Assembly (NCBI GenBank): GCA_964276015.1
Contig: CAXYDO010000001.1
Span: forward strand, 74,627-138,626
Direction: 5' to 3'
Source: an uncultured Alphaproteobacteria bacterium
GTDB taxonomy: Bacteria; Pseudomonadota; Alphaproteobacteria; UBA6615
DNA length: 64,000 bases
In this document: one piece after another, positions 10,421 through 20,406 of the stretch
How positions within the stretch are numbered: position 1 is the stretch's first letter
How the letters are laid out: each line of letters starts with the position of its first letter
Position numbers and translations under genes: made by a program
Notes under the pieces: model-generated
Seen by the model: the letters and a program-made list of their open reading frames with translations, nothing else
Database searches by the model: none
Told to the model about the DNA's origin: nothing

Positions 10421-11950
10421 ATGGAAAGTTTTGAATTTCTCCTTAATGTGCTCACGCTCCAGAACATGGGGGCGATGTTTGTTGGCATTATTGTGGGGCT
10501 TATTATCGGCGCCATACCGGGACTCGGGCCACCTATGGCTATTGCATTGATGATTCCGATCTCATTCGAATGGCCACCTGAAACTGCTCTCATCCTGATG
10601 GTTTCGACCTATGCTGCTGGCATTTACGGGGGCTCGTTCACGGCAATTTTGCTTCGTGCGCCGGGTACATCAGCTTCAGCCGCCTCTGCTATCGAAGGCT
10701 ACGAAATGACAAAGCGGGGCCGGGCGATAGAGGCTATCCGCATGTCAACCTTTGCCTCCGTCATGGGCGGTCTGATTAGTGGCTTTGCTCTTCTATTTCT
10801 TGCGCCACCTTTGGCAAAAGTTTCCCTTTTATTCGGTCCATCTGAATACTTTGTTGTCGCCCTGCTTGGCTTAACGGCGATCGCAGCTGTTTCTTTTGGG
10901 GCTGTTCTTAAGGGTCTAATTGCTGGTTTATTAGGACTATTAATAAGCACTATAGGTGTTGATTCCGCATCATCTTTCCCTCGATTTGCTTTTGGACTTG
11001 ATGGACTTTATTCCGGAGTAGATATCTTACCGGCGGTCATAGGTTTGTTCGCTTTTGCGCAGGCCCTGACCTTATGTGAAGGGAGTCCGAGATCTAATAT
11101 CTCAGGTGTATCTAAGCTGAGTTGGAATATTTGGCCTAAACTAAGTGAAATAATTCACTGCAGATGGTCTCTTGTGCGCGGCTGGACAACTGGCCTTGTC
11201 ATGGGGGTTATCCCCGCAGCAGGTGGTAGCGTAGCGCAGTGGATAGCATACTCCTGGGAGATACAACGCGGCAAAGAGGGAGATAAATTTGGAGAAGGCG
11301 AGATAAAAGGTCTAGCCGCCACTGAGGGTTCCAATAATGGTGTAACTGGAACATCTCTTATCCCCATGTTCGTTCTGGGTATTCCTGGGGGGATATCCGC
11401 CGCAGTAATACTCGGTGCACTAATGATTCACGGCTTACAGCCGGGTGATCGGTTATTCCGGGACTCTCCCGAGGTTATATTCACCGTAATCTGGGGCTTT
11501 ATACTCGCGAATTTCTTCATGGGCGGAATTGCAGCAGTGCTTGCGCGCGTAATGGCTTACGTGACTTTGTTTCCGCGAGGGCTCTTGGCGCCAATTATCA
11601 TGATTTTTTGCGTGGTCGGTACATTCGCTGCAAGCGGGAATCCGTGGGACGTTTGGATAATGGTTGTTATGGGAGTTATCGGCTACTTGGCGCAGAAATA
11701 TAACTTTGCGCCAGCTGGTATCTTGCTCGGCATTATACTCGGCCCAATAGCCGAAGACGGGCTGCGCAACGTACTAGTAGTTTCAGATGATAGTCCGTTT
11801 TCTTTCATCTTTAGCCGCTGGATATCGGACGTCATTATTTTCATGATAGTAGTTGCCCTGTATTATTCCTTTAAGCCAAAAGCTTGGGATAAGGCAGTTG
11901 AGGATGGCGAAGCTACACTCGCGGCTGCCGAAGAAAAGAAAGACGACTAG
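10421..11950 (+). CDS. tctA: Tripartite tricarboxylate transporter large permease TctA
   Basis: 509-aa polytopic membrane protein with TctA-like Gly-rich segments (GIIVGLIIGAIPGLGPPMAIALMIP). ATG follows GAGGATAAG. Confidence 0.85.
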   Translation: MESFEFLLNVLTLQNMGAMFVGIIVGLIIGAIPGLGPPMAIALMIPISFEWPPETALILMVSTYAAGIYGGSFTAILLRAPGTSASAASAIEGYEMTKRGRAIEAIRMSTFASVMGGLISGFALLFLAPPLAKVSLLFGPSEYFVVALLGLTAIAAVSFGAVLKGLIAGLLGLLISTIGVDSASSFPRFAFGLDGLYSGVDILPAVIGLFAFAQALTLCEGSPRSNISGVSKLSWNIWPKLSEIIHCRWSLVRGWTTGLVMGVIPAAGGSVAQWIAYSWEIQRGKEGDKFGEGEIKGLAATEGSNNGVTGTSLIPMFVLGIPGGISAAVILGALMIHGLQPGDRLFRDSPEVIFTVIWGFILANFFMGGIAAVLARVMAYVTLFPRGLLAPIIMIFCVVGTFAASGNPWDVWIMVVMGVIGYLAQKYNFAPAGILLGIILGPIAEDGLRNVLVVSDDSPFSFIFSRWISDVIIFMIVVALYYSFKPKAWDKAVEDGEATLAAAEEKKDD

Positions 11951-12011
11951 CCCTAATGAACCGCCTCCGTTTGAATAAAACAAAACTTTCGGCAAATTCT
12001 GGGCAACCCTG

Positions 12012-14357
12012 ATGCGGGAATATGGCATCGGCCAATCGGTGCCGCGTGTAGAAGATCAGCGGCTCCTAACTGGCCAAGGAAATTATACGGACGATCGACA
12101 GGTTCCCGGGGCGGCGTTTATGGCTGTGCTGCGCTCCCCCCACGCGGCAGCTCACATAAAACAGATAAAAACAACCGCCGCTAAATTAATGCCGGGGGTT
12201 ATCGCTGTTCTAACAGCGGAGGACCTAGAAACCGATAACATTGGAGGGCTTTCCGTTGCGGTAAAACGCAAACAACGAGACGGTTCACCGATGATAGAGC
12301 CGCCTTATCCGCTGCTTGCCAATGGCAAAGTGCATTTAGTCGGTCAGGCTATTGCAGCTGTGGTAGCTGAGACATACGCACAGGCTGTCGATGCCACCGA
12401 GGCAATTGACGTTAGCTACGAGCTAATGGATGTCTTGACTAATACAGGTCGCGCGCGAGACCAAGACGTCACACAGGTCTGGGATAACGTGCCCAGAAAC
12501 GAGAGTTTCGTGTTTTCCCTTGGAGACAAGGATACGACGGACGCCGCTTTTGCCAATGCAGCCCATGTGACTGAGCTGGATTTCACAATCAGTCGGGTTT
12601 CCACCAACACGATGGAAGTGCGTGCGGCGATCGGGTTCTACGATCCACTCGAGGAACGCTACACACTTTATGCGGGCATGCAGTCACCCCACCGTATGCG
12701 GTCGGATTTGTGCAAAAACATCTTTAAAATCCCCGAAGCCAAATTACGAATCATCTCACCCGATATGGGCGGCGGCTTTGGCATGCGCGGCAGCACCTTT
12801 GCCGAGCACGGTCTTGTTCTTTGGGCTGCCAAACGCACTGGACGACCTGTCCGCTTCACCGCGACCCGCAGCGAAGCCCTCGCCAGCGACTATCACGCGC
12901 GTGACAATGTCTCGAAGTCGGCCCTTGCGCTGAACGAGAGTGGCAAATTTCTTGCCTTTCGGATTTCAACAGATGCTGCGCTTGGCGGTTTCATGAGCAA
13001 TGCCGGCCCCCATTCGCCCACCAACAATCTCGGCGGATTGTCCGGCGTCTACACCACGCCCCATCTGCACGCCGAAGCCCGTGGGGTGTTCACCCACACT
13101 AGCCCAACCGCAACCTATCGTGGAGCTGGCCGCCCGGAGGCATCCTACGCTATTGAGCGTACGATTGATGTGGCCGCCGCTGAGCTGGGAATAGATCCGG
13201 TGGAGTTGCGTCGCCGCAACATGATTTCGCCGGAAGCGATGCCCTACGACACTGGCTTTGTCTTCACCTATGACAGCGGCGAATTCGAGGTTTGCCTTGA
13301 TCGTGCCATAGAAGCTGCGGACCGGGATGGTTTCGCAGACCGCCAGAAAGAAGCAAAATCACGCGGCAAGCTGCGCGGCATGGGAATCGCCAGCGTGATT
13401 GAAATTGCTGGCGGACCGCTGCCCATTCCAAATGAAGAGAGCGCAGCTATAAGATTTGACACCGATGGCGGTGTCTCCGTGTTGATGGGCACCCATTCCC
13501 ACGGGCAGGGTCACGAGACAGCCTTTGCACAAATCGCATCGGAAAAACTCGGCGTTCCGTTTCACTCAATTCGCGTTCAATATGGTGATACGGACTTGGT
13601 CCATCACGGCAAGGGAACCTTTGGCTCACGCTCCATCAGTGTCGGCGGCGCCGCCCTGCAACGGGCTTCGGAAAAGATCATTGATCGCGCGCGCAAGATC
13701 GCAGCCCATTTGCTCGAGGCAGCCGAAGACGACATCACGTTTGATGACGGTGTCTTCACGGTCAGCGGAACGGATCGGGAAATCACCCTGATTGAGGTTG
13801 CCAAAACCTCCTACCAGGCAGCGAAAATGCCGCGAGAGTTAGAGATCGGCCTTTCGGAAAGCGCAATCATTCTGCCGCCTGGGCCAACCTATCCCAATGG
13901 CTGCCATGTGAGTGAAATCGAAATCGACCCGGAAACCGGAGTTGTCGAGATGATCGCCTATACGGTCGTCGACGATGTGGGGGTCGCTCTGAACCCGATG
14001 ATGGTGAAGGGTCAGGTCCATGGCGGTGTGGTCCAGGGAGCAGGACAAATCCTGCTCGAACAGGTGGTCTACGACCCCGAGAGCGGCCAGCTTCTAACCG
14101 GTTCCTTCATGGATTACGCCATGCCGCGCGCCGACAATTTTCCGTCCTTCGATGTGATCGAACACAACGTCCCCTCGAAGAACAATCCCATGGGCCTGAA
14201 GGGCGCCGGCGAAGCCGGGACGGTGGGCGCGTTGCCCGCGGTCATGAACGCGATCTGCGACGCGCTCCGCCCCCTCGGGATACGCCATATGGACATGCCT
14301 GCCACCCCGGAGCGGGTATGGCAGGTCATACAAACAGCAACCCAAAACACGGTATAA
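12012..14357 (+). CDS. Xanthine dehydrogenase/CO dehydrogenase family molybdopterin-binding large subunit (form II CoxL-like)
   Basis: N-terminus MREYGIGQSVPRVEDQRLLTGQGNYTDD. The active-site loop is AYRGAGR (form II type) rather than the AYXCSFR of genuine CO dehydrogenases. 781 aa. Confidence 0.85.
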   Translation: MREYGIGQSVPRVEDQRLLTGQGNYTDDRQVPGAAFMAVLRSPHAAAHIKQIKTTAAKLMPGVIAVLTAEDLETDNIGGLSVAVKRKQRDGSPMIEPPYPLLANGKVHLVGQAIAAVVAETYAQAVDATEAIDVSYELMDVLTNTGRARDQDVTQVWDNVPRNESFVFSLGDKDTTDAAFANAAHVTELDFTISRVSTNTMEVRAAIGFYDPLEERYTLYAGMQSPHRMRSDLCKNIFKIPEAKLRIISPDMGGGFGMRGSTFAEHGLVLWAAKRTGRPVRFTATRSEALASDYHARDNVSKSALALNESGKFLAFRISTDAALGGFMSNAGPHSPTNNLGGLSGVYTTPHLHAEARGVFTHTSPTATYRGAGRPEASYAIERTIDVAAAELGIDPVELRRRNMISPEAMPYDTGFVFTYDSGEFEVCLDRAIEAADRDGFADRQKEAKSRGKLRGMGIASVIEIAGGPLPIPNEESAAIRFDTDGGVSVLMGTHSHGQGHETAFAQIASEKLGVPFHSIRVQYGDTDLVHHGKGTFGSRSISVGGAALQRASEKIIDRARKIAAHLLEAAEDDITFDDGVFTVSGTDREITLIEVAKTSYQAAKMPRELEIGLSESAIILPPGPTYPNGCHVSEIEIDPETGVVEMIAYTVVDDVGVALNPMMVKGQVHGGVVQGAGQILLEQVVYDPESGQLLTGSFMDYAMPRADNFPSFDVIEHNVPSKNNPMGLKGAGEAGTVGALPAVMNAICDALRPLGIRHMDMPATPERVWQVIQTATQNTV

Positions 14358-14403
14358 CCGGTCAACAGCGACCGATAAAAATCCCAGCGAGGAGAAAGAC
14401 ACG

Positions 14404-15615
14404 ATGGCCAATCAAGAAATTCACAACATGACACTGCTGTCCCAGGATACGCTTGTCGGCTTTGGCGGTATGGGCGAAGGCATGGCCATGCAGGTCGCAC
14501 CGGATGGCCGCCGGATCATGTGGCTCGCCCATGAATCAGCCCCGAAAAATTTTACCGGCGTCGACGTTAGCGACCCGCGCAATCCCAAAGTTATCTGCCA
14601 GACCGATCTGCCGGTGATGGAAATGCGCTCGAACTCCCTCGAGGTGACCGGAGACATCATGGCCGTCGCTTACCAGACGCCCGGCGTGAACATGGAGAAG
14701 GTCGGCGTCGAGCTGTTCGATCTTTCCAACCCAGAAGACCCCAAATCGATTTCCTTCTTCGATTGCTCGGGCCCCCATTCACGTGGCGTCCATCAGCTTT
14801 GGTTTGCGGACGGGGAGTATGTCCATTTCGCGGGCGGCTCGGACGATTTCGTCCCGACCAACCCGAAAGATGATCAGTTCTATCGCTGCATCGACGTGCG
14901 CAACCCCACCAAGCCCGAAGAAGTCGGTCGCTGGTGGTATCCCGGCACCCGCGAAGGCGACAGCGCCCCGCCGCCGCCGCGCCACCCAGACATCGATTCC
15001 GGTTTCCGGGCTCACAACACCAATGTCTACCCGCAGCGTCCCAATCGGATGTATCTCGGCTATCTCGACGGTGGTACTTTCATCATGGACATTTCCGACA
15101 AATCCGACCCGAAGGTGCTCGGCGAGTGGAACCCGCACCCCCCCTATCCGGGTTTTGCCCATACGGTGCTGCCGCTGTTCAGCAAGGACATCCTCATCGT
15201 CACCGATGAAAGCGTCAAAGACGATGCCCTCGACTGGCCGAAGCTGGCCTGGGTTGTCGACGCCCGCAAGGAGGACAACATGGTCCCGATTGCGACCTTG
15301 CCGATGCCGCCGCTCGATGACTTCCGCAACCGCGGCGGTCGTTTCGGGGCCCATAACCTGCATGAGAACCGGCCAGGACCGTCTTTCCAGTCGGATGATT
15401 TGATCTTCGGCACCTTCTTCAATGGTGGCCTGCGGGTCTTCGATCTGAAGGATCCGCTGCAGCCCAAGGAAGTAGCCTATTTCGTGCCGCCCAAGCCGGA
15501 CAATTCACCGGTCGCGACGGCCCAGATCAACGACGTCTATGTGGATGAGAATCGGATCGTCTACTGCGTCGACCGCCATGCCGGTGGGCTTTACTGCCTC
15601 GAACTCAACATCTGA
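14404..15615 (+). CDS. LVIVD-repeat beta-propeller protein
   Basis: Five or more spaced repeats of the form [VFIM]D[VLI][SRK][DN]PxxPKx[VIL]: VDVSDPRNPKVI, FDLSNPEDPKSI, IDVRNPTKPEEV, MDISDKSDPKVL, FDLKDPLQPKEV. RBS GAGGAGAAAG. No signal peptide seen. Confidence 0.6.
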   Translation: MANQEIHNMTLLSQDTLVGFGGMGEGMAMQVAPDGRRIMWLAHESAPKNFTGVDVSDPRNPKVICQTDLPVMEMRSNSLEVTGDIMAVAYQTPGVNMEKVGVELFDLSNPEDPKSISFFDCSGPHSRGVHQLWFADGEYVHFAGGSDDFVPTNPKDDQFYRCIDVRNPTKPEEVGRWWYPGTREGDSAPPPPRHPDIDSGFRAHNTNVYPQRPNRMYLGYLDGGTFIMDISDKSDPKVLGEWNPHPPYPGFAHTVLPLFSKDILIVTDESVKDDALDWPKLAWVVDARKEDNMVPIATLPMPPLDDFRNRGGRFGAHNLHENRPGPSFQSDDLIFGTFFNGGLRVFDLKDPLQPKEVAYFVPPKPDNSPVATAQINDVYVDENRIVYCVDRHAGGLYCLELNI

Positions 15616-15617
15616 GT

Positions 15618-16214
15618 TCAGCCGCGCAGCCCCGCCAGGGCGCTGCGCACAAAAGGGTGCCGCGGGGCGGCGACGTGATGCCAGAATTCGGCAACGTCGT
15701 CGCCCAGTTGGCCCAGAAATTCCCCGCCCGACGCAGCGAGTTCCGCGTCTCCAAATATCACCGTCCGGATACCATTCGTATTTCCGCCCACTTCGAAGCG
15801 GATCGCCAGCGGTCCGTCTGTACACCAAAGCAAAACCGGCACATCGTGCCGGACCCCGTCCAGTTTAAAGGACGCATTCGACAGCGGTCGGTATGCCCCG
15901 TAGCTCCAGGCGCGATGTGAGACCGCCGGGTCGAGGCCCGCGATCGGAGCCAGGGATTCCGCCCGGGCATCCACCTGCGCCAGCACCGCACCGAAATACC
16001 GTTCCATCCAGCGTCGCAATCGGATGTTGAACACCGGACACAGGCTGAGATGCAGGGTCTTGAGGAAATCGATGCAATCGCCCGGATCGGCCACGCTCGC
16101 CGGGTCTGGCGGACGGAACAGCGGATAGGTTTCGCCGCTCAGGCGCAGGGCACGCCCCGGCATCACGTCAATCGTGTTGCTGCCGTCATAGGAAATTGTC
16201 ACGCGATCGGTCAT
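15618..16214 (-). CDS. Hypothetical protein
   Basis: 198-aa ORF from ATG (MTDRVTISYDG...) with genome-typical GC3. The longer track ORF adds an implausible Arg/Cys-rich leader. No family recognised. Confidence 0.45.
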   Translation of the reverse strand: MTDRVTISYDGSNTIDVMPGRALRLSGETYPLFRPPDPASVADPGDCIDFLKTLHLSLCPVFNIRLRRWMERYFGAVLAQVDARAESLAPIAGLDPAVSHRAWSYGAYRPLSNASFKLDGVRHDVPVLLWCTDGPLAIRFEVGGNTNGIRTVIFGDAELAASGGEFLGQLGDDVAEFWHHVAAPRHPFVRSALAGLRG

Positions 16215-16301
16215 TGTTCGACAACAAAACGCTTTTTCGCGCACCGTGCAAACCGCAATATGGCGCCGCACCGCAAACCGGGAATTCAGGAGAGAAGAAC
16301 C

Positions 16302-17231
16302 ATGCAGAAGCTCATCATCAATGTTTTCCCGGGAGCCATCAACCTGCCGCTTTGGGCCGGGGCTGCCCACGGCATGTTTGCGGCGCGCGACATCGAAACC
16401 GAACTGGTCATGACCCCCAATTCGGTCGAACAGCTGACCGGCCTGGCTGCGGGCAAGTTTGATATTGCGATGACCGCCATCGACAACATCGTTGCCTATC
16501 GCGAGAAACAGGGGGAAGCCCCGGCCGAGGGTAACACGGATTTCTTTGCCTTCATGGGATCTGACGATGCCTTCCTGAGACTTGTTGTTCAGCCTGATAT
16601 CCAGAGCTTTGAGGATTTGCGCGGCAAGATCCTGACCGTGGATGCCATGACCACGGGCTTTGCGTTCGTGCTGCGCCGCATGTTGGCCCTAAACGGCATC
16701 GACGAAGAGAAAGAAATCGAATGGATGTCGACCGGCGGTGTCCTGCAACGCTGGCAAGCGATGATGGAACATCCTGAACAAAAGGGGACCTTGCAGGTCA
16801 CCCCGTTCGAGGTTCTGGGGGCCTCCAAGGGGCACCATATCCTTGCACGGGCCAGCGACATTCTCGACAGCTATCAGGGCCTAGTCGGCGGCGCACGCAT
16901 CGCCTGGGCCAAAGAAAACGCAGAGACGCTTTCAGGCTTCATTGCCGCTTATCTGGAAGCCGTGAACTGGTGCTTCGACGACGGAAACCGTGCTGAATCA
17001 CTCGACCTGATCACCGCCAACATGCCCCAGATGTCACGCGAAGTGGCAAAGGCCGCCTGCAACGTATTTCTGGATCCCAAGACCGGGTTACAGCGCGACG
17101 GCAGCTTCGATTTGCCCGGCATCGCAACCGTCCTCAACCTGCGTGCCGAATTCGGCCCGGCCCCCGATGATCTGCACGGGCCCGAACACTACATCGACAC
17201 GACATATCTGGAGATGGCGAAGGGCCGCTAG
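16302..17231 (+). CDS. NMT1/THI5-like (NitT/TauT-type substrate-binding-like) protein
   Basis: ATG at 16302 after AGGAGAGAAG. Fold signature MQKLIINVFPGAINLPLWAGAAHGMFAARDIE...GKFDIAMTAIDN. No signal peptide and no ABC partner genes nearby. Confidence 0.55.
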   Translation: MQKLIINVFPGAINLPLWAGAAHGMFAARDIETELVMTPNSVEQLTGLAAGKFDIAMTAIDNIVAYREKQGEAPAEGNTDFFAFMGSDDAFLRLVVQPDIQSFEDLRGKILTVDAMTTGFAFVLRRMLALNGIDEEKEIEWMSTGGVLQRWQAMMEHPEQKGTLQVTPFEVLGASKGHHILARASDILDSYQGLVGGARIAWAKENAETLSGFIAAYLEAVNWCFDDGNRAESLDLITANMPQMSREVAKAACNVFLDPKTGLQRDGSFDLPGIATVLNLRAEFGPAPDDLHGPEHYIDTTYLEMAKGR

Positions 17232-17599
17232 ATCAGCAGCAGAAGCGCGCCCAGCACGGCGATATTCGAAAACAGGATCGACAAATGCATGTGGCGGCGC
17301 AGCGGGTCGTCCATGAGCCAGAAGCGATGAAAGATTGCGCTCGCCAGAAGCGTGAACACGACCAGGATGATCGCGCCAATATCCGTGTGCCAGTCGAGCG
17401 CAACCATCGCGCCGCCGACAGCCTGCAAGGCAAAGCCTGCCCACAACGCAATATACGGCATCGGCACGTTCATGGCCGCCATCCGGTCGGCGTGTTGCTT
17501 AACCTTGGTGGTGGCGTTGATCAGCAAGGTGCCGACAAACAAGGTCGCGATCATCAGCTGGGCGACGATCTCCAGATTTGTGTGGTTCTCATAAAACAC
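17228..17599 (-). CDS. DoxX family membrane protein
   Basis: 123 aa with four TM helices and the DoxX-like HRFWLMDDP segment. Confidence 0.7.
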   Translation of the reverse strand: MFYENHTNLEIVAQLMIATLFVGTLLINATTKVKQHADRMAAMNVPMPYIALWAGFALQAVGGAMVALDWHTDIGAIILVVFTLLASAIFHRFWLMDDPLRRHMHLSILFSNIAVLGALLLLI

Positions 17600-17603
17600 A
17601 AGC

Positions 17604-18803
17604 TCAGATCAGCCTTGCATCGGGTTCGAGGCCGAGCGCCACGCGCCCGTAGGTGGTGCCGGCGATATCCCAGCCCAGGGCCAGATGACCGCTCATGGCA
17701 TGAATGTCACGGAATTTTCGCTGGGCAGCATTATCAAGAAAGATGCCTTGTCCACCCACGGCCGTGAACAGGCGGCCCACCGCCTGGCGGCAAAGGCGCA
17801 CAATATAGGCGTGGTCCCACCGGTTACGCGCGCGCTCCAGCAGGGTGAGGTCGCACCCGTCTTGCATTGCCGTCATAGCATCGCCCGTGTCGCGCATCAG
17901 CAGCAGCCGCGCTGCGTCGATCTCGGCAGCCGCTTCGGCGATATGTAATTGCAGGCTTTGGTATTCAGCGATCGGCACACCCCGGGATGCCCGGGTCGTC
18001 ATCTCTGTTGTCACCTGATCGAGCAGGCTTTCCGCGACCCCCAGCGCCGGTGTGACTAGCAGGAACGGCACACAAGGCGGATGGGGCAGACGATAGAGCG
18101 CCGGGCCATCGACTTGCCCGAGTCCGGCACCGCCGACCGCCGCCAGACGGCCGGGCAACGTCCGATGGGCCGGCACGAAGGCGTCCTCAACGGAAAAATT
18201 CTTGCTGCCCGTCCCGGCCAGGCCCATGATGTTCCAATTGTCTTCGATCACGACCTCGGCGCGCGGAACCAGGCAGAAATTAGGTTCGACCGCGCCACTT
18301 TCGCCGCTCGGCAGCAGGGTCACCAGAATAAGCCAATCCGCGTGATCACACCCGCTCGACCAACCCCAGGTTCCGCTCACACGCCAGCCGCCATCGACCG
18401 GCGTGGCCTTGCCCGACGGGGCGAAGCCCGCCGAAACCAGATTGTCCGGGTTCTCGCCCCAGACATCATCCGCGACCTGATCGTTGAACATCCCAAGTAA
18501 AATCTGGTGGTCCGTATATACCCCGGCGACCCAGCCCGTGGACGAGCAGCCCCGGGCGAGTATCGCGACAATATCGCAGGCCTCATCGAGCGGGGTTTCC
18601 GCGCCCCCAAAGCGCGCTGGCTGACAGATCCGGTGCAGCCCCGCCGCCTTCAGATCGGCGATATTCTGATCGGGAATCCGGCGCAGGCTTTCGGTCTCTG
18701 CAGCCCGCGCGGCAAGGTCCGGCACAAGGGCTTCCGCCCGCGCGCGCAGGCCAGCCTGGACGGAAGCGGGAACAAAAACGGGTGGGGACACGGTGTCGGT
18801 CAT
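17604..18803 (-). CDS. Acyl-CoA dehydrogenase-fold flavin-dependent monooxygenase (group D, HpaB/DszC-like oxygenase component)
   Basis: About 400 aa with ACAD-like N-, middle and C-domains (RRIPDQNIADLKAAGLHRICQPARFGG...). The ATG at 18803 immediately follows the TTG the track used. Confidence 0.7.
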   Translation of the reverse strand: MTDTVSPPVFVPASVQAGLRARAEALVPDLAARAAETESLRRIPDQNIADLKAAGLHRICQPARFGGAETPLDEACDIVAILARGCSSTGWVAGVYTDHQILLGMFNDQVADDVWGENPDNLVSAGFAPSGKATPVDGGWRVSGTWGWSSGCDHADWLILVTLLPSGESGAVEPNFCLVPRAEVVIEDNWNIMGLAGTGSKNFSVEDAFVPAHRTLPGRLAAVGGAGLGQVDGPALYRLPHPPCVPFLLVTPALGVAESLLDQVTTEMTTRASRGVPIAEYQSLQLHIAEAAAEIDAARLLLMRDTGDAMTAMQDGCDLTLLERARNRWDHAYIVRLCRQAVGRLFTAVGGQGIFLDNAAQRKFRDIHAMSGHLALGWDIAGTTYGRVALGLEPDARLI

Positions 18804-18911
18804 CAATCAACTCCTCGGCCCCAGTGAACGGGGCCAGCATGCGCCGGTCAAGTCCATTGGTGTCCGCCGCCCATTGGACTAGACTTGATCCCGCAACGGG
18901 GAGGACCGGAC

Positions 18912-19835
18912 ATGGACGGATCAACACCACAGGCCACCAACACCGCGGATGACGACGTTTTCGTCGCCCGAGCGCGTTACTACAGCCCGGCAAATATCTT
19001 CAAGGTCGAGCGCCCGGACGTCCCGCAACATATCTTTGCCGACGAACTCAACACGGCCATGGCCGCAGCGACGCCAACCGGCTGGATTTCCCTCGATATC
19101 AGCACGACCATCGGACTCCAGGAGCCGGCGACGACACCGTTGATGCTCGCGCGATACGCCCGAATTGCCGCCGGTGAAACCCTGTCCGGCCAGTTCCGGG
19201 CGAGCGGCGAATTCTACTACGTCATCCAGGGTTCGGGCCGGGCTGCAAAAGCTGGAGAGACCCTCGCCTGGCAGACAGGCGATGTATTCTCCCTTCCCGG
19301 CGGCGGGGAAACCCTGCTCACGGCCGGCGCTGATGACGCTGTCCTCTTTCTGGTGACCAACGAGCCCGAGCTTGCCTTCCATGGTTTCGAAGCACCAATC
19401 CAGGGCGGCGCAAAGACCCAGGCAGTGCGCTATCCACTCGCCGATATCCGTACGCATATGGACAAGGTCCGCGACATCCAGAAAGCCGACCCCAACGTGT
19501 CCGGGCTGGCCCTGCACCTGACCAGCGAGCATGACGGCAATACGGATGCCGTACACCCAACCATCAAACTGGCGATGAACTCCCTCGACGCCGGTTCGGT
19601 CCAGCGCCCCCATCGACACAACTCGGTGGCGCTGACCCTGCCGATTCACTCAGAACGCGTTTATTCAGTGATCGAGGGCAATCGCCTCGACTGGCAACAA
19701 TACGCGCTGATGATCACGCCCCCGGCGGAACTTCATGAGCACCACAATGAGGGCGAAGATATGATGCTCTCCCTTGTCATCCAGGATGGCGGGCTCTATT
19801 TCCGGTGCCGCACCATCGGCTTCAGCTTCGACTAA
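18912..19835 (+). CDS. Bicupin protein (gentisate/1-hydroxy-2-naphthoate dioxygenase-like)
   Basis: Two cupin barrels with His residues (HRHNSVALTL...). ATG at 18912 is preceded by GGGGAGGA. The track start at 18885 is a TTG. Confidence 0.6.
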   Translation: MDGSTPQATNTADDDVFVARARYYSPANIFKVERPDVPQHIFADELNTAMAAATPTGWISLDISTTIGLQEPATTPLMLARYARIAAGETLSGQFRASGEFYYVIQGSGRAAKAGETLAWQTGDVFSLPGGGETLLTAGADDAVLFLVTNEPELAFHGFEAPIQGGAKTQAVRYPLADIRTHMDKVRDIQKADPNVSGLALHLTSEHDGNTDAVHPTIKLAMNSLDAGSVQRPHRHNSVALTLPIHSERVYSVIEGNRLDWQQYALMITPPAELHEHHNEGEDMMLSLVIQDGGLYFRCRTIGFSFD

Positions 19836-19859
19836 CCCAGACTCTCAGGAACCCAGAAC

Positions 19860-20396
19860 ATGTCCATTTCGATGTACGGGATTTCAGTCCCGGCCTATCA
19901 GCAAATGCTGACCAGTCTCGGCACAATCCTCGGCAAAGCTGCCGACTTCGCTGCTGAATCAGGCCTCGAAGAAAGTGAACTGATGGGCCGCCGGTTCGCC
20001 CCGGACATGCTCAATCTCGCCGAACAAATTCGCCAGGCCTGTGTTCATTCCACCCTGGCCATCGCGCGGCTCGCCGGCATTGACGGGCCGGAGATTTCCA
20101 TGGAACCCGATCCGGATATCACCAGCGCCCAGGCACGGATTGCGGGAACCCTCGATTTCTTCGCCAGCTTGACCCCCGAACAGCTCGAAGGGGATCCCGA
20201 TCGGGAAGTTCAGGTCAAAACCCGCCTGGGAGAACTCACCTTCGGTGCCGCCGAACATGTAATTCATTTTGCCAACCCACAGGTCTTTTTTCACGTGACC
20301 ACGGCCTATGATCTGCTCCGCGCCGAAGGCGTCGAGATCGGTAAGATCAATTTCATGGGCAAACCCATGCAGGATAAACTCGCGGCCCTGAAATAG
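19860..20396 (+). CDS. DUF1993 domain protein
   Basis: 178 aa with an N-terminus typical of the DUF1993 helical family (MSISMYGISVPAYQQMLTSLGTILGKA). Confidence 0.65.
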   Translation: MSISMYGISVPAYQQMLTSLGTILGKAADFAAESGLEESELMGRRFAPDMLNLAEQIRQACVHSTLAIARLAGIDGPEISMEPDPDITSAQARIAGTLDFFASLTPEQLEGDPDREVQVKTRLGELTFGAAEHVIHFANPQVFFHVTTAYDLLRAEGVEIGKINFMGKPMQDKLAALK

Positions 20397-20406
20397 CCGG
20401 GCGGGG

